64,000 nt of DNA, taken from contig OZ024743.1 of NCBI GenBank assembly GCA_964016885.1, forward strand, positions 353,524,001 through 353,588,000, given 5' to 3'. The notes beneath the pieces were generated by a model that saw nothing but the letters and a program-made list of their open reading frames with translations, was not told where the DNA came from and searched no databases. Positions 1 to 10,646 of the stretch are shown one piece after another. A program made the translations under genes and the position numbers. Positions within the stretch are counted from its first letter, which is position 1, and each line of letters starts with the position of its first letter. This DNA is from Eledone cirrhosa (taxonomy: Eukaryota).

Positions 1-29
1 TTTGTTAGTTAGTAGGTGATCTATGCAAC

Positions 30-225
30 CCCACACCTCCCTCTTTCCACCAGCTTGCTCAGATGTTATGATGTTGTTGGTAGCACAGTGATCCTGTAAG
101 AACAGGTTAAGGCACCCAGTATATAATTTATACATGATGTTTTGGCAGGCAATTGGGCGGTAATTTTTAGCAAGGGTGGTTTGGCTATTTTGGGGAATGA
201 GGAGAGTAGTGGCAGTTGATAAATG
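30..225. repeat. Diverged dispersed repeat fragment, unclassified
   Basis: Aligns by eye with about 29295-29480 (gatcctgtaagaacaggttaagg vs gatcctgcaagaacaaattgagg; attgggcggtaatttttag vs attgggcggtcatttttag). Confidence 0.5.
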
Positions 226-434
226 TATGTATGTATGTATGTATGTATGTATGTATGTATGTATGTATGTATGTATGTATGTATTTTAGATCATTGGCTG
301 GGCTAAAAAGCCACATTCGATCGCAGCGCTGTTAGTTGCTATCGTGTGTGTGTAGATATGCTTATGTGTGTGCGTGTGTGTGTATATATATATGTATATG
401 TATATTATTATTGTTGTTGTCGTTATTATTGTTG

Positions 435-466
<32 letters not shown>

Positions 467-534
467 GTTATTAATGTATGTGTGTGTATATGTGTGTGTG
501 AGTATGTGTGTGTGTGTGTGTGTATATATGTATG

Positions 535-589
<55 letters not shown>

Positions 590-658
590 TATGAAGAGAG
601 AAGAAACATTTAGATATAATTAGTAATAAAATGTATCATACCTAAACTGCTCCTAAAT

Positions 659-748
659 TCCTCGACTACGTAGTTTCGTGGCATAAACAAAAACAATATA
701 TCATAAAGATATAGAGTCCTTGCGAGGTCTGCCGACTTATCAAGAGGA
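659..748 (-). ncRNA. Type I hammerhead ribozyme, U3-A8 core variant
   Basis: Minus strand: stem I TCCTC, core TTGATAA, stem II GT(C)GGCA...TGCCAC, GAAA, stem III with palindrome CTACGTAG, GUC cleavage triplet, stem I' GAGGA. Lies in a (TA)n-flanked block at about 590-1100. Confidence 0.75.
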
Positions 749-1098
749 TACCTCATTTTACTAGTCTCAAGAACGCGTCTACACGACGTGAGAAAGAATC
801 CCAAAAGGCGGAGGGGGAGATAGTCACGCGATATAACGGTCGAGAAACAGAGCTAAGCCTCTTATAACCCCGAAGAAAATACCACGGAGGCGGAGGGGGT
901 ACTTATATCGAGGCCGTAGAAGAGGTGGTGAAGAAGGCGAGAAGTATGAGTAATGGAAGCCTTCCAGCTGTCCCCACACTTCAAAGATTGCTCGACCAGA
1001 GGGAGTTATTAACAATATAATTAGAAACACACAGATACATGCGGACACACACACATATATACATGAATGCATCCGCACCCAACTGTGAGTTAAGGGTG

Positions 1099-1199
<101 letters not shown>

Positions 1200-1485
1200 A
1201 TTTATTTATTTTTTTAAACATTTTTATTTTATTTTTATTTATTTATTATTATTATTATTATCATTATTATTGAATGCCATGGTTGACGGAGGCTCGGCTC
1301 TGTAAGGTATAGTAATTTTTAACCGTTAAAACAATTGTAAATTGTTTAAAACTTGAACCAAATTGTTGATAAAGACACCCTCCTCCTCGTGAGAGGGGTC
1401 TTTCTGTCCGTTATTTGGCCCTTCGGGGTTAAATAACCAGTTATTGGGGTTTTGTACCCAATATTCATTTTAAACAAAAAACAAC

Positions 1486-3588
1486 ATGGCTACGAAAAAG
1501 AAATTTCATACGTCACTCCCACTCATTCCGTCTTCTTCTTCCTCAATCATCACTACAGCAGAGAGAAGATTGTCTCTCTCCCCCCCTTCTTTAAATGTGT
1601 CTCTCTCCCTCCCTTCTATTTCGCAAGTGACGAAAGAAAAGAAAAGTCTCGTGCAAAGCGTGCAAGGTTTCTCCACGACGACGACGACAGCGACGAAACA
1701 GGTGTGCGGGAAATACGAAAACCCAGTTCATTCGTCTGACGTCAGGAATAATAGCAGTAGCAGCCGTAATAACAACAGCAACAGTGACAATGAAAACAAC
1801 AGTAGCAGCCGCAACAGCATCACCAGCAGCATAAACAACAACAGCATTAGCAGCAGCAACACCAACAACAACCACAGCAACAGCGGCGGAGGCAGTAGTC
1901 GTAGTACCTGCAGCAACAACAAAAGTACCAGCAGCTCTGACGACAACAACAACAGCAGCAGTAGAGAAAAACCAATCTCATTTGCAGGTATTGCGAAAAA
2001 CTTGGAAACAATCCTCATAACAAATGAGGAATTAGAGGAAGCAAAGAAGATGGTGACAAAGAATAGACACCGAGCAATCTGCAAGGCAGCGGAAAAATTT
2101 TTCGAAACCCAAGAGCACTGTACGGTCACGTACCGTACAGTAAGTACAAAATCCCGTAGGCTGGAAAGAGCCACAGAGGCCCAAATACAAAAAGCCTTGG
2201 GGTCTGTGTGGCAGCGGAAAACGCACATCACCCGAGGCAAAAAATATGCCACCGTAGACGTACTTTTTGCCACACCCCAGGAGGCAAAGGCCCAATCAGT
2301 AGTGACCCTAAGGAGCGAGGAAATGGTGTTGGTGCCCTCCTACTGCGGGCAAAAAATTGTGAGGGTCAAACTGAACCACGTCCCCGCCGGAATGGCCCCT
2401 TCTTGGCTGGCCGCGTCTGTCCTCGTCGGAATCGAGGACAAAACAACTGTACTGCAAGTACAGAAAAAAGTAAGAGAAGATTGGGTCGGCTCCTCCATTG
2501 AGATGCTAATCCAAACCAACCAGGAGTGCATCGAAACTATCCTGGATGTGATAGACTTCGATAACGGCACTCAACTGCCCATAAGTGTTGAGGGCAAACG
2601 CCCGAAATGCTTTCGCTGTGGATCGAAGACTCACCTCAGGGCCTTCTGCAACGAGAAGACCCTGAGAAAGGAGAAAACCCCCCTCCTTCCGAATCCGGCT
2701 CCACGGCTACCAGCAACAGGACAAGCGGCAACCAGGAACGATAGGTCCGTGGCACCCATACCCACTCCACGGAAATCAAAAACAGCAGCAGCAGTGGAAA
2801 TATTAACAACAACAACAGCAATACCAAATGCAGCTGCAACAGAGACTCCAGTGCAAACATCACCAACAACAACAAGTGAAAGAGTGGAGCTGGTACCCCT
2901 CCCCGACCTCACAGAATCAGACATGGAGTGTGAGGTGGGAGAGGGATGGCAAAAGGTCGTAAGAAGGCACAAACGCAGAAGCAGCGCATCGTCGCCTTTG
3001 AAAAGGGAGGAAAGAAATGAGAAAAGGGTAAAGTCTACTGCAAAGAGACCCACAGCAGCAACACCACCAACACCATCACCACCCACACTAGCACCACCAT
3101 CACCACCGGCGACAACCCCACCGCCAACAACACCTTCAACACCACCACCACAAGCACCAACATCGCAAACACAACAACAAAACGCACACACCCAGCAACA
3201 ACGACAAGAAAATAGCAGAACCACACCCCACCCCCAGAAAAACAAATGCACGGCAATAAATACACACAACAAGAAACTAATGACTTACATAATTGAACAC
3301 ACAGACATTTCACAACAGGACTACATAATACCAGCACCAATCAAAACGCCAACTAACATAAGACTGCTAAAAATAGCACAGAAACAATACACAAACATTA
3401 AAACGAAATTCCCCAACGCAGTTGGTGATTTCAGGGACCTAGAAGGAACCATCAATCGAAGAGTATATTCAGACATTCTCTTAGAAGAGCCGACGACCAG
3501 CCGAAGGGACGATTCAACGGTCCCTTCACCAGACGATCAAGTGAAAAGGGATGTAAAAACCATCCCTCCTCTACCAAAAGTACGGTAA
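1486..3588 (+). CDS. Tx1-like ORF1p (gag-like nucleic acid binding protein, 700 aa)
   Basis: CX2CX4HX4C zinc knuckle CFRCGSKTHLRAFC, GWQKVVRRHKRR basic patch, low-complexity N/S and P/T tracts; lies directly upstream of ORF2. Confidence 0.88.
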   Translation: MATKKKFHTSLPLIPSSSSSIITTAERRLSLSPPSLNVSLSLPSISQVTKEKKSLVQSVQGFSTTTTTATKQVCGKYENPVHSSDVRNNSSSSRNNNSNSDNENNSSSRNSITSSINNNSISSSNTNNNHSNSGGGSSRSTCSNNKSTSSSDDNNNSSSREKPISFAGIAKNLETILITNEELEEAKKMVTKNRHRAICKAAEKFFETQEHCTVTYRTVSTKSRRLERATEAQIQKALGSVWQRKTHITRGKKYATVDVLFATPQEAKAQSVVTLRSEEMVLVPSYCGQKIVRVKLNHVPAGMAPSWLAASVLVGIEDKTTVLQVQKKVREDWVGSSIEMLIQTNQECIETILDVIDFDNGTQLPISVEGKRPKCFRCGSKTHLRAFCNEKTLRKEKTPLLPNPAPRLPATGQAATRNDRSVAPIPTPRKSKTAAAVEILTTTTAIPNAAATETPVQTSPTTTSERVELVPLPDLTESDMECEVGEGWQKVVRRHKRRSSASSPLKREERNEKRVKSTAKRPTAATPPTPSPPTLAPPSPPATTPPPTTPSTPPPQAPTSQTQQQNAHTQQQRQENSRTTPHPQKNKCTAINTHNKKLMTYIIEHTDISQQDYIIPAPIKTPTNIRLLKIAQKQYTNIKTKFPNAVGDFRDLEGTINRRVYSDILLEEPTTSRRDDSTVPSPDDQVKRDVKTIPPLPKVR

Positions 3589-3623
3589 GTGGTTTTTCCC
3601 ATCTTTTCCACTCTATTTTAAAC

Positions 3624-6600
3624 ATGACCTCACTCAGAATAGGCAGCATAAATGCGCGTGGCTTGGGGTCGTCATGGAAGCAGGGTCACCTGCTCAACGA
3701 CCTCAGGTCACTAAACATAGATGTAGTGGCCATCAGCGAGACCAGAATCTCCGAAGCACGGGCCTTCGCACCGATCTTCGGCGGCTACGATGTGTACGCA
3801 TCTCCCAGCCGTCCTGGATCGGGTGGAGGAGTTGCTGTGCTTTTTCGGAGAGGTTTGGATCTCGCCATACGGGCCATCTTCCTGGACCCAGAGGGTAAGC
3901 TGGTGGTGCTGGACGTGACCAGCGGAGACGGGCAAGCTTTCAGGCTAGTGGCCGTCTATGCCCCGACAGGAGCAGGACGGCCTGATTTCTTCCGGCGTCT
4001 GGAGACCTTTCTTGGAACGTCCCGCTCTTTAGTGTTAGTGGGCGACTGGAATGGGATCTTAGATGCACGCTGGGACTGTGTGGGATTAGCGGATAGGGGT
4101 GGAGGGTGCAAGAGCCTCACCAACCTGCTCAGGCGTTTTGAACTGTCTGACAGGTACCGATTGGATTTCCCGAATGTGCCAATGTGGACTTGGACAAACC
4201 GCATAGGGTCATCCAGATCATATCTAGATAGAGTATTTTGTAGGGAAATAGATAGGTCTAGCATAGGCTGTCCACAATTCAAGATAGTCAGCTACACGGA
4301 CCACAAATTCGTGATCTGTGTGCTTGACTTAGATAGGCTTCATAGACGAGGACCCGGCTACTGGAAGCTAAACGCGTCCTTACCAGCGCGCAAGGCCTAC
4401 AGAGACCGGATTAGCGAACTAGTTAAGCGGGCGTTGACGGGGGCCATCGTCAACAACAAGTGGTGGTTTGCTCTGAAAAGAGCGATTAGAATAGAATCGA
4501 TTAGGTTTAGTAAGGCTTTAGCAATAGAGAAAAATAGAGCAGAGGGAGAACAAGTTAGAAAATTAGACGAGGCGCTGAGCAAAGGCATTGCGACCGACGT
4601 GCTTGCGGCGAAATTGGCGCTTGACCAATTCTTCAATGCAAAGCACGAAGGCTGCGTGGTCAGAGCAAGGGTGCGTGCTCTCAGACACGAGGGGACGAAA
4701 GCCGTCCAATGGGCCCGAGTGGCGGAGGCGCGTCGTGGCAACAAAGCCACGATCCGGTCTTTGGTGGACCACGACGGGCGCATGCTACTCGATCCCGGGC
4801 AAATGTGTGAAGCTTTTCAGCGACACTTCGCTCAGCTGTTCGGGGGCAGCGGTGGGCCGGGTAGAGGGATGGACTTTAATGTCTACCTCGACGGACTGCC
4901 GCGGCTCTCGGCCACTGAGGCGAAGTGTTGCGAAAAGCCGATAACAGCCGCTGAAGTAAGGGAGGCAATGACTGGCTGCACAAGGGGTAAATCGCCTGGT
5001 TTGGATGGTCTGCCCTATGAACTTTACGTACAGATGCCAGACTTGTTCGGAGGCCTCTTGGCGGACGTCTACTGCAACTGGCAACAGAACGGGAGAATTC
5101 CCAGTTCTGTGAGCCGAGGAGCGGTGGCACTGCTGAGAAAGGATCCGAACAAGGGGGATAACATAGACAATTTCCGGCCCATAACTCTGCTAAACACAGA
5201 GTTCAAGATTTTGGCCAAGGTGCTAGCAAAGAGGTTGGCGCTTGTCGTTGGTGGTCTGGTGGGAGAGGCGCAGACATGCGCCATTCCCGACAGATCCATC
5301 CACAACAACCTCCACCTCATGCGATACATCATAGAGAGGGTAGCTAAGGAACCTGGCACGGGTGGGTCCTTGATCAATTTAGATCAGTCGAAAGCTTTCG
5401 ATAGGGTCGACCATCGTTACCTAGCGGCTGTCCTGAGGGCGGCTGGCTTTGGGCCCGTCTCCAGAGGCTGGATCGCTGCCATGCACAGCGACATCTGCTC
5501 TGTGGTGAGAGTGAACGGTCACCTGTCGGAACCGTTCAACATCATGCGCTCGGTCCGCCAAGGATGTCCCCTCTCGTCCCTCTTGTACGTATTGACTCTC
5601 GAGCCATTACTGCACAAACTGGAGACGTTGAGGGGAGTCCCGCGCGAACTAGGATGCGGAAGATCAGTGTCAGCATATGCGGACGATGTCACCGTAGTGG
5701 TGTCGAGCGCCAAACACATCGAGGCGATCGGCACTACACTAAGAGAATACGAAGCGGTGACAGGAGCAATGATCAACCAGGAAAAGTCAGTGGGCCTGCA
5801 GCTCGGCACCTGGAGAGGCAGGTCCATGCCGTCCAACAGCGTCGTCGGACGCTGGACGGACGGACCGGTTAAATTGCTAGGGGTCTGGTTCGGTCCGGAC
5901 CTCCAGACGGACAAAAACTGGGACGAGGTGACGAGCAGGGTGGCTTCTCTCACCCAGAAATGGGCCGAGAGGAAGCTATCCCTGAAAGGTCGAGCGGAGG
6001 TGGCTAACGCGTACATCGCGTCCGTCATCTGCTACCGCCTGACCGTCGTACCTTGTCCTAAGCCCCGCCTGACTGCGCTGGAGCGTTTGCTCTTTCGCTT
6101 TTTGTGGAAGGGACGCGCTCCGATGGTCAGGCGGTCCATCTGTTGTCAACACCCGCTACGTGGAGGGCTGGGCATGCCGTGGCTGATGATGCGCAGGCAC
6201 GCGCTCAGGCTACGACATCTCCACCTCTTCCTCGACGGTGATCAGGTGTGGTCGCCGTTTGCTAGGCGCGTGTTTCTCCAGCTCGTTTCCTTGACGGAGC
6301 TGCAGTCCTGGGTCAAGCGAAGACCGAGAGGGAGCGCCTGGAGACTGGAATGTCTTCAGGCGCTCACAGCCCTCGACCAATCGGGCAATGTGATCGGTGG
6401 AAACTCCACCTCGGCGTTCTATAGAGGATTAGTGGAGGGGAAGAGCGACGACGTACTTGGGGAAACTCTAGGCGTCGACGAAAATCAACTAGCCAATCTC
6501 TTCGGAAGGACTTTCGGGCCAGGGCCTATGGACAACTTCCAGAAATCTCTGGCCTGGCAGTGCTACCGAGGATCCTTGCCAGTTCGGGATAAACTCTACA

Positions 6601-7043
6601 GGCATGGAGGTGCCGTCAGCCGGGCATGTCCGAGATGCGCGCAGGGCGACGAAACCGTCCTGCACGCACTCGTCCAGTGTCCGAAAATTGCTGACTTGTG
6701 GGTTTATGTCGAACACCTGCTGTCGCGTTTAGGACGTATCCGGCTATCATCTGAGTCCATCGTGAGGATTGCCCCACCCTCTTCCTTTAGCCGGGAAGGG
6801 CAGGCAGTTTTTATCTGTCTGGTGGCCATGGCGAAAGAGATAGTATGGTGGACACGTTTGAAAGGGCTGAAGACGAGCACTTACCTCTTCGGTGATGCTC
6901 TGATTGACTTTTTCAAATTTCATTTGAAAAGGAAAATCAGAGTAGAGAGGGAAGTGCTCTCTTCCCAGCATTTTGTTGAAAGATGGGTGAGAGAAGCAAG
7001 AATGGCCCGAGTGAATGGGCCTACTCTGAGTATATATCTGTAA
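3624..7043 (+). CDS. Tx1-like ORF2p: APE endonuclease + reverse transcriptase + C-terminal zinc finger (1139 aa)
   Basis: APE motifs INARGL, ISET, VYAP, GDWN, YLDRVF, TDH; RT motifs KSPGLDGLP, FRPITLLN, DQSKAFDRVDH, VRQGCPLS, YADD; CPRC-X8-H-X4-C. No stops or frameshifts. Confidence 0.97.
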   Translation: MTSLRIGSINARGLGSSWKQGHLLNDLRSLNIDVVAISETRISEARAFAPIFGGYDVYASPSRPGSGGGVAVLFRRGLDLAIRAIFLDPEGKLVVLDVTSGDGQAFRLVAVYAPTGAGRPDFFRRLETFLGTSRSLVLVGDWNGILDARWDCVGLADRGGGCKSLTNLLRRFELSDRYRLDFPNVPMWTWTNRIGSSRSYLDRVFCREIDRSSIGCPQFKIVSYTDHKFVICVLDLDRLHRRGPGYWKLNASLPARKAYRDRISELVKRALTGAIVNNKWWFALKRAIRIESIRFSKALAIEKNRAEGEQVRKLDEALSKGIATDVLAAKLALDQFFNAKHEGCVVRARVRALRHEGTKAVQWARVAEARRGNKATIRSLVDHDGRMLLDPGQMCEAFQRHFAQLFGGSGGPGRGMDFNVYLDGLPRLSATEAKCCEKPITAAEVREAMTGCTRGKSPGLDGLPYELYVQMPDLFGGLLADVYCNWQQNGRIPSSVSRGAVALLRKDPNKGDNIDNFRPITLLNTEFKILAKVLAKRLALVVGGLVGEAQTCAIPDRSIHNNLHLMRYIIERVAKEPGTGGSLINLDQSKAFDRVDHRYLAAVLRAAGFGPVSRGWIAAMHSDICSVVRVNGHLSEPFNIMRSVRQGCPLSSLLYVLTLEPLLHKLETLRGVPRELGCGRSVSAYADDVTVVVSSAKHIEAIGTTLREYEAVTGAMINQEKSVGLQLGTWRGRSMPSNSVVGRWTDGPVKLLGVWFGPDLQTDKNWDEVTSRVASLTQKWAERKLSLKGRAEVANAYIASVICYRLTVVPCPKPRLTALERLLFRFLWKGRAPMVRRSICCQHPLRGGLGMPWLMMRRHALRLRHLHLFLDGDQVWSPFARRVFLQLVSLTELQSWVKRRPRGSAWRLECLQALTALDQSGNVIGGNSTSAFYRGLVEGKSDDVLGETLGVDENQLANLFGRTFGPGPMDNFQKSLAWQCYRGSLPVRDKLYRHGGAVSRACPRCAQGDETVLHALVQCPKIADLWVYVEHLLSRLGRIRLSSESIVRIAPPSSFSREGQAVFICLVAMAKEIVWWTRLKGLKTSTYLFGDALIDFFKFHLKRKIRVEREVLSSQHFVERWVREARMARVNGPTLSIYL

Positions 7044-7290
7044 ATTAAAGGTGGAAAACTGGGAGAGGGCACTTGCCTTGGTGGTCAGGGTCATTGTGGC
7101 CTTTTACTGGGCTTTCTCCACAAATGTCCCTCCGAAGTCTCCCCCTATTGGGGAATTTTTCATTGTTATTTTTTGTTACATCCTCTGTTTTTGTTTTTTA
7201 CACGCAGAAATGCCCATTTGTACCGTCCTGCATTGTCCTGCACTGTCCTTAATGTCTACTTTATGTAAACCCTTGTGGTTAATAAAGAAA

Positions 7291-7328
<38 letters not shown>

Positions 7329-7344
7329 TTTTTTTTTTTCTTTC

Positions 7345-7388
7345 TCCTCGTGCAATGGCCATACTCGATAACGAGGGGCAGCCATCAT
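7345..7388 (+). mobile_element. Short 3' end of an RTE-type element with (TGTA)n tail
   Basis: ggccatactcgataacgaggggcagccatca(tgta)n resembles the terminus ggccgtactcgaaaacgagttggcagccacca(tgta)n of the adjacent family. Confidence 0.55.
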
Positions 7389-7430
7389 GTATGTATGTAT
7401 GTATGTATGTATGTATGTATGTATGTATGT

Positions 7431-8037
7431 CAGGTCACCAGTTGGTGCTACTGGTAACATGTATCCCAGTACAACCTGTCTCATGGTCGGGTCGTTGGCG
7501 ACTAAACTGGCAACCCCACCAAGGTTTCTTGGTAAGGAGGGTGACTTTGGACATCCTGCAGGACTAAAAACAAAACCTGTCAAAGGGCAAAGGAGCTCTT
7601 AAGAGTCAATGGCCATCCAAAATCACTGGGAGAGATGACCCCTTAGCCTTTGTCAAGGCAGAATTCTAGGAGAAGGAAAACTCTGATATAACACCTGCAA
7701 CCCTGATGGTATCCAATGATGTTGACTTGTTCTTCTTTTTGGTAAATATCATCTTGGTTAAGAGAGTGGGACTGGCTTTGTGCAGTGCCTTTGCTCACTA
7801 TAAAAGCTTCACGGCACAGGCATTGCTTTATATCTGGAGATCTCTCTGCACTTGTCGTCACATGGTACCATGGGCCCAGCACTATGTGTCAGTAATTGTC
7901 ACAAGTGTAGTGTTTGTACCAGAGTTTTCAAGTCGCTGGCTGGACTAAAAAGTCACACTCGTTCAGCGCATCGGTAGGGGTTCTCCTACATGGATATAAA
8001 GTAGTGGCCGTACTCGAAAACGAGTTGGCAGCCACCA
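7431..8037 (+). mobile_element. Bipartite non-autonomous RTE-derived element, longest copy
   Basis: 5' part has the RTE-5'UTR-like ctaggagaaggaaaactctga. 3' part encodes an RTE-like terminal C2H2 (CSVCTRVFKSLAGLKSHTRSAHR*) followed by a stem-loop and (TGTA)n tail. Four more near-identical copies are in the window. Confidence 0.7.
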
Positions 8038-8115
8038 TGTATGTATGTATGTTTGTATGTATGTATGTATGAATGTATGTATGTATGTATGAATGTTTGT
8101 ATGTATGTATGTATG

Positions 8116-8146
<31 letters not shown>

Positions 8147-8183
8147 GTATGTATGTATGAATGTTTGTATGTATGTATGTATG

Positions 8184-8214
<31 letters not shown>

Positions 8215-8272
8215 GTATGTATGTATGAATGTTTGTATGTATGTATGTATGTATGTATGTATCTATGTATGC

Positions 8273-8303
<31 letters not shown>

Positions 8304-8304
8304 G

Positions 8305-8441
8305 AGTCCGGAATTAGCCGTCGAAACGGCTTGAGCTCAGCCGTCGGGGTTCTACTCGTTCCTATTACCCACTCTACTACTCTAAGTATTGAGTACTTTG
8401 GTGTGTTATGGTCCACCTGGTTCCTTACCACATTTCCTTCG

Positions 8442-8443
<2 letters not shown>
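8305..8443 (+). repeat. Family A (U3-A8 HHR family) 5'-truncated 3' end in (TA)n
   Basis: Matches 33750-33888; begins inside the HHR stem II loop. Confidence 0.8.
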
Positions 8444-8492
<49 letters not shown>

Positions 8493-8809
8493 CATTTACT
8501 TCACCTTGCTCCTTCTACCTGGAGTTGCGACCGATAGATAGTACTAGCAACTGTTTCCTCGGTCCGATTTGACGAAAGTCGATCGATCCTTTATATGTAT
8601 ATATATATATGGGATAACAAATTATCGTTTTAGGTAATCCAGTTAGAGATTGTGAGTACTCTGTACTATGGATAGTTTTAACGTACGGCGTTGTTTGACG
8701 CAACAAAAGGTTTCCTTAGTTCGGTAGCGAGTTTGCGAGAATTCCCATGCAGGTTATTCTTGGAGTAATAATAGTGAAAGAGTGAAGAATAACATGGTCC
8801 GCTGTACAA

Positions 8810-9049
8810 AAAGGGTTTTATTTACAGTATTAACAATTGTTTCATTGATCAGGTGAGTCTAAAGGCCGTTGATCACTCGAAGTTGCGTCACTCGACCTTA
8901 AATACAGTGTGCGTCTCTGATCAAATCATCGTATTCCGATGATTTGACACACTGTATTTAAGGTTGAGTGACACAACTTCGAGTGATCAGCGGCCTTTAG
9001 ACTCACTTGATCAATGAAACAATTCTTAATGCTGTAAATAAAACCCTTT
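8810..9049. repeat. About 240-bp fold-back palindrome containing a degenerate HHR (8931-9032, +)
   Basis: The arms are imperfect reverse complements. Plus strand reads GTATT-CCGATGA-long stem II-GAAA-CAATTC-TT-AATGC; the left arm preserves CAATTG-TT-AATAC. Confidence 0.65.
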
Positions 9050-10110
9050 AATCTTTCTCCTATACTGCGGGCTGTCTCTCATATGAATGTGGTTGTCTTG
9101 TTTCTGTAGTGTCTCTGTACATCTTATCCCATAGACTACATTTCTAGTTTTACAATTTATCTGTGGGCTTATCTTACAGACTATACAATTTCTGTCAGGG
9201 GTTTTTCCTAAAGGAGTATGTCCTACTGATTCGGGATTTTATGGTAGCTCCTGGTTTTTCTACTACTTTAATCTTAATGTTCAATTTATCTAAAGCTCTT
9301 CTAAAACGATACTCTTGTTCACCTCTAGAGGTAGCATTGACGAACTCGCCACTGGTAGTTTTAGCTGTCATACCTTGAGTTGGCCTTCCCTATCTTTTTC
9401 TTAGTCGTTCATATACTATTCCATGATTTGTTCCTGTATAGTGGCCAAATCGCATTCATATCATTTTTCATAATGGTTTGAATTTAGCCATGGTTCCTTT
9501 GTTTACCCTGGTCCTGTTTCATTGGTTATAACCAGAGAACTGGATAAAGTGCTGTAAGTGTCTCTTTAGTGCTGTTGGATCGCACATTCGGGACTCATTT
9601 CTCATCACGCTTACCAATTCCACTATCAACTTAGCACTGTCTGAGTTAGCTGAGTTCCAGTGGATCAGATACTTTGAGGCCATGGGTTTGGTATAACGTG
9701 AATGGAGGATTTGGGCTTTATCGTTCCTAGTTTCTATCCTGAGTTCTGTGTCTAACATGGGTAATCTATGGTTGGGGGGGGGGGGGGGGCTTAGTGGGGT
9801 GGTCTACTGTTACCACCATAATCTGGTAGATGGAGTTAACTATTTGCTGGATGATCTCCACGATGCTAGCTTCTAGTTCCGATTCGTAGATACTCTTTCG
9901 TGGAGTAGTTTTAGCTGCTATATTAATATCGTCAACATAGCGAGAGTACATGGCTATGGAATTCTCAGCCAAGCGTTCTTTGAGTCTCCTTTTCCACCAC
10001 ACCATGACTGGCCACATTGCCAGCGACGCTGACGCTGATAGCCTCTTTTTGAACACATGGCCCTTTAGGGTAGTTTTACACATACAGCACTTTACCCTCC
10101 GCATGCATTT
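9050..10110 (-). pseudogene. Decayed Penelope-like element ORF: RT plus C-terminal GIY-YIG endonuclease
   Basis: Fragments MVWW...YSRYVDD, TVDHP...LPMLD, YTKPMASKYLIHWNSA, IKVVEKPG, then NCKTRNVVYGIRC (about 9118-9157) and FI*ETARSIGER (about 9053-9090); multiple frameshifts and stops. Confidence 0.8.
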
Positions 10111-10116
10111 CTCTGG

Positions 10117-10155
<39 letters not shown>

Positions 10156-10228
10156 TATATGCATACACACAGACACACACACACGCACACGCACAGACAC
10201 ACGCACACACACACACACACGCACACAC

Positions 10229-10299
<71 letters not shown>

Positions 10300-10379
10300 C
10301 ACACACACATATATAAACATCTAGCTGATACGCATTTCAGCTGAGTGTTTCGCTGAAAAAAAAAATATATATATACAAG

Positions 10380-10597
10380 AGACACGCGCCCTAGTGTTAT
10401 GGGTGTTGGACTTACGATCATAATGTCGTGGGTTCGATTCTGGGTTGTGTGTTGAGTTATTGAGCAAAACACTCAGCTGAAATCAGTACCAGCAATAGCT
10501 AGGTGTTTAACCCTGCGATGGACTGGCGTCCCTAAACAGAAACCGGGGATGACCACCGGCCTGACGAGCCTCCTGGTTAGAGACAGATTTTGGTCTT

Positions 10598-10603
<6 letters not shown>
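10380..10603 (+). mobile_element. tRNA-derived SINE (family 2)
   Basis: B-box gggttcgattc, ttgagcaaaacact, aaccctgcgatggactggcgtcc; similar copy at 21935-22208. Confidence 0.7.

Positions 10604-10640
<37 letters not shown>

Positions 10641-10646
<6 letters not shown>

Larger units (their letters stand above)
1272..7289 (+). mobile_element. Full-length Tx1-like (L1 clade) non-LTR retrotransposon
   Basis: About 210-nt 5'UTR, two intact ORFs, 3'UTR with AATAAA at 7281-7286. Candidate 12-bp TSD ATCATTATTATT at 1260-1271 and 7290-7301, within (ATT)n tracts. Confidence 0.92.

Noticed and set aside
1591-7094. Antisense and overlapping ORFs within the Tx1 element
   Set aside because: Shadow ORFs expected from GC-rich or repetitive coding sequence; no motifs.
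7897-7977. C2H2 zinc finger as a host gene exon
   Set aside because: Lies within a five-copy repeat directly before an RTE-type tail.
10538-10580. GAAACCGG...CCGGCCTGACGAG in a SINE tail
   Set aside because: No stem I or cleavage triplet, and the core is not conserved in the 22.1-kb copy.
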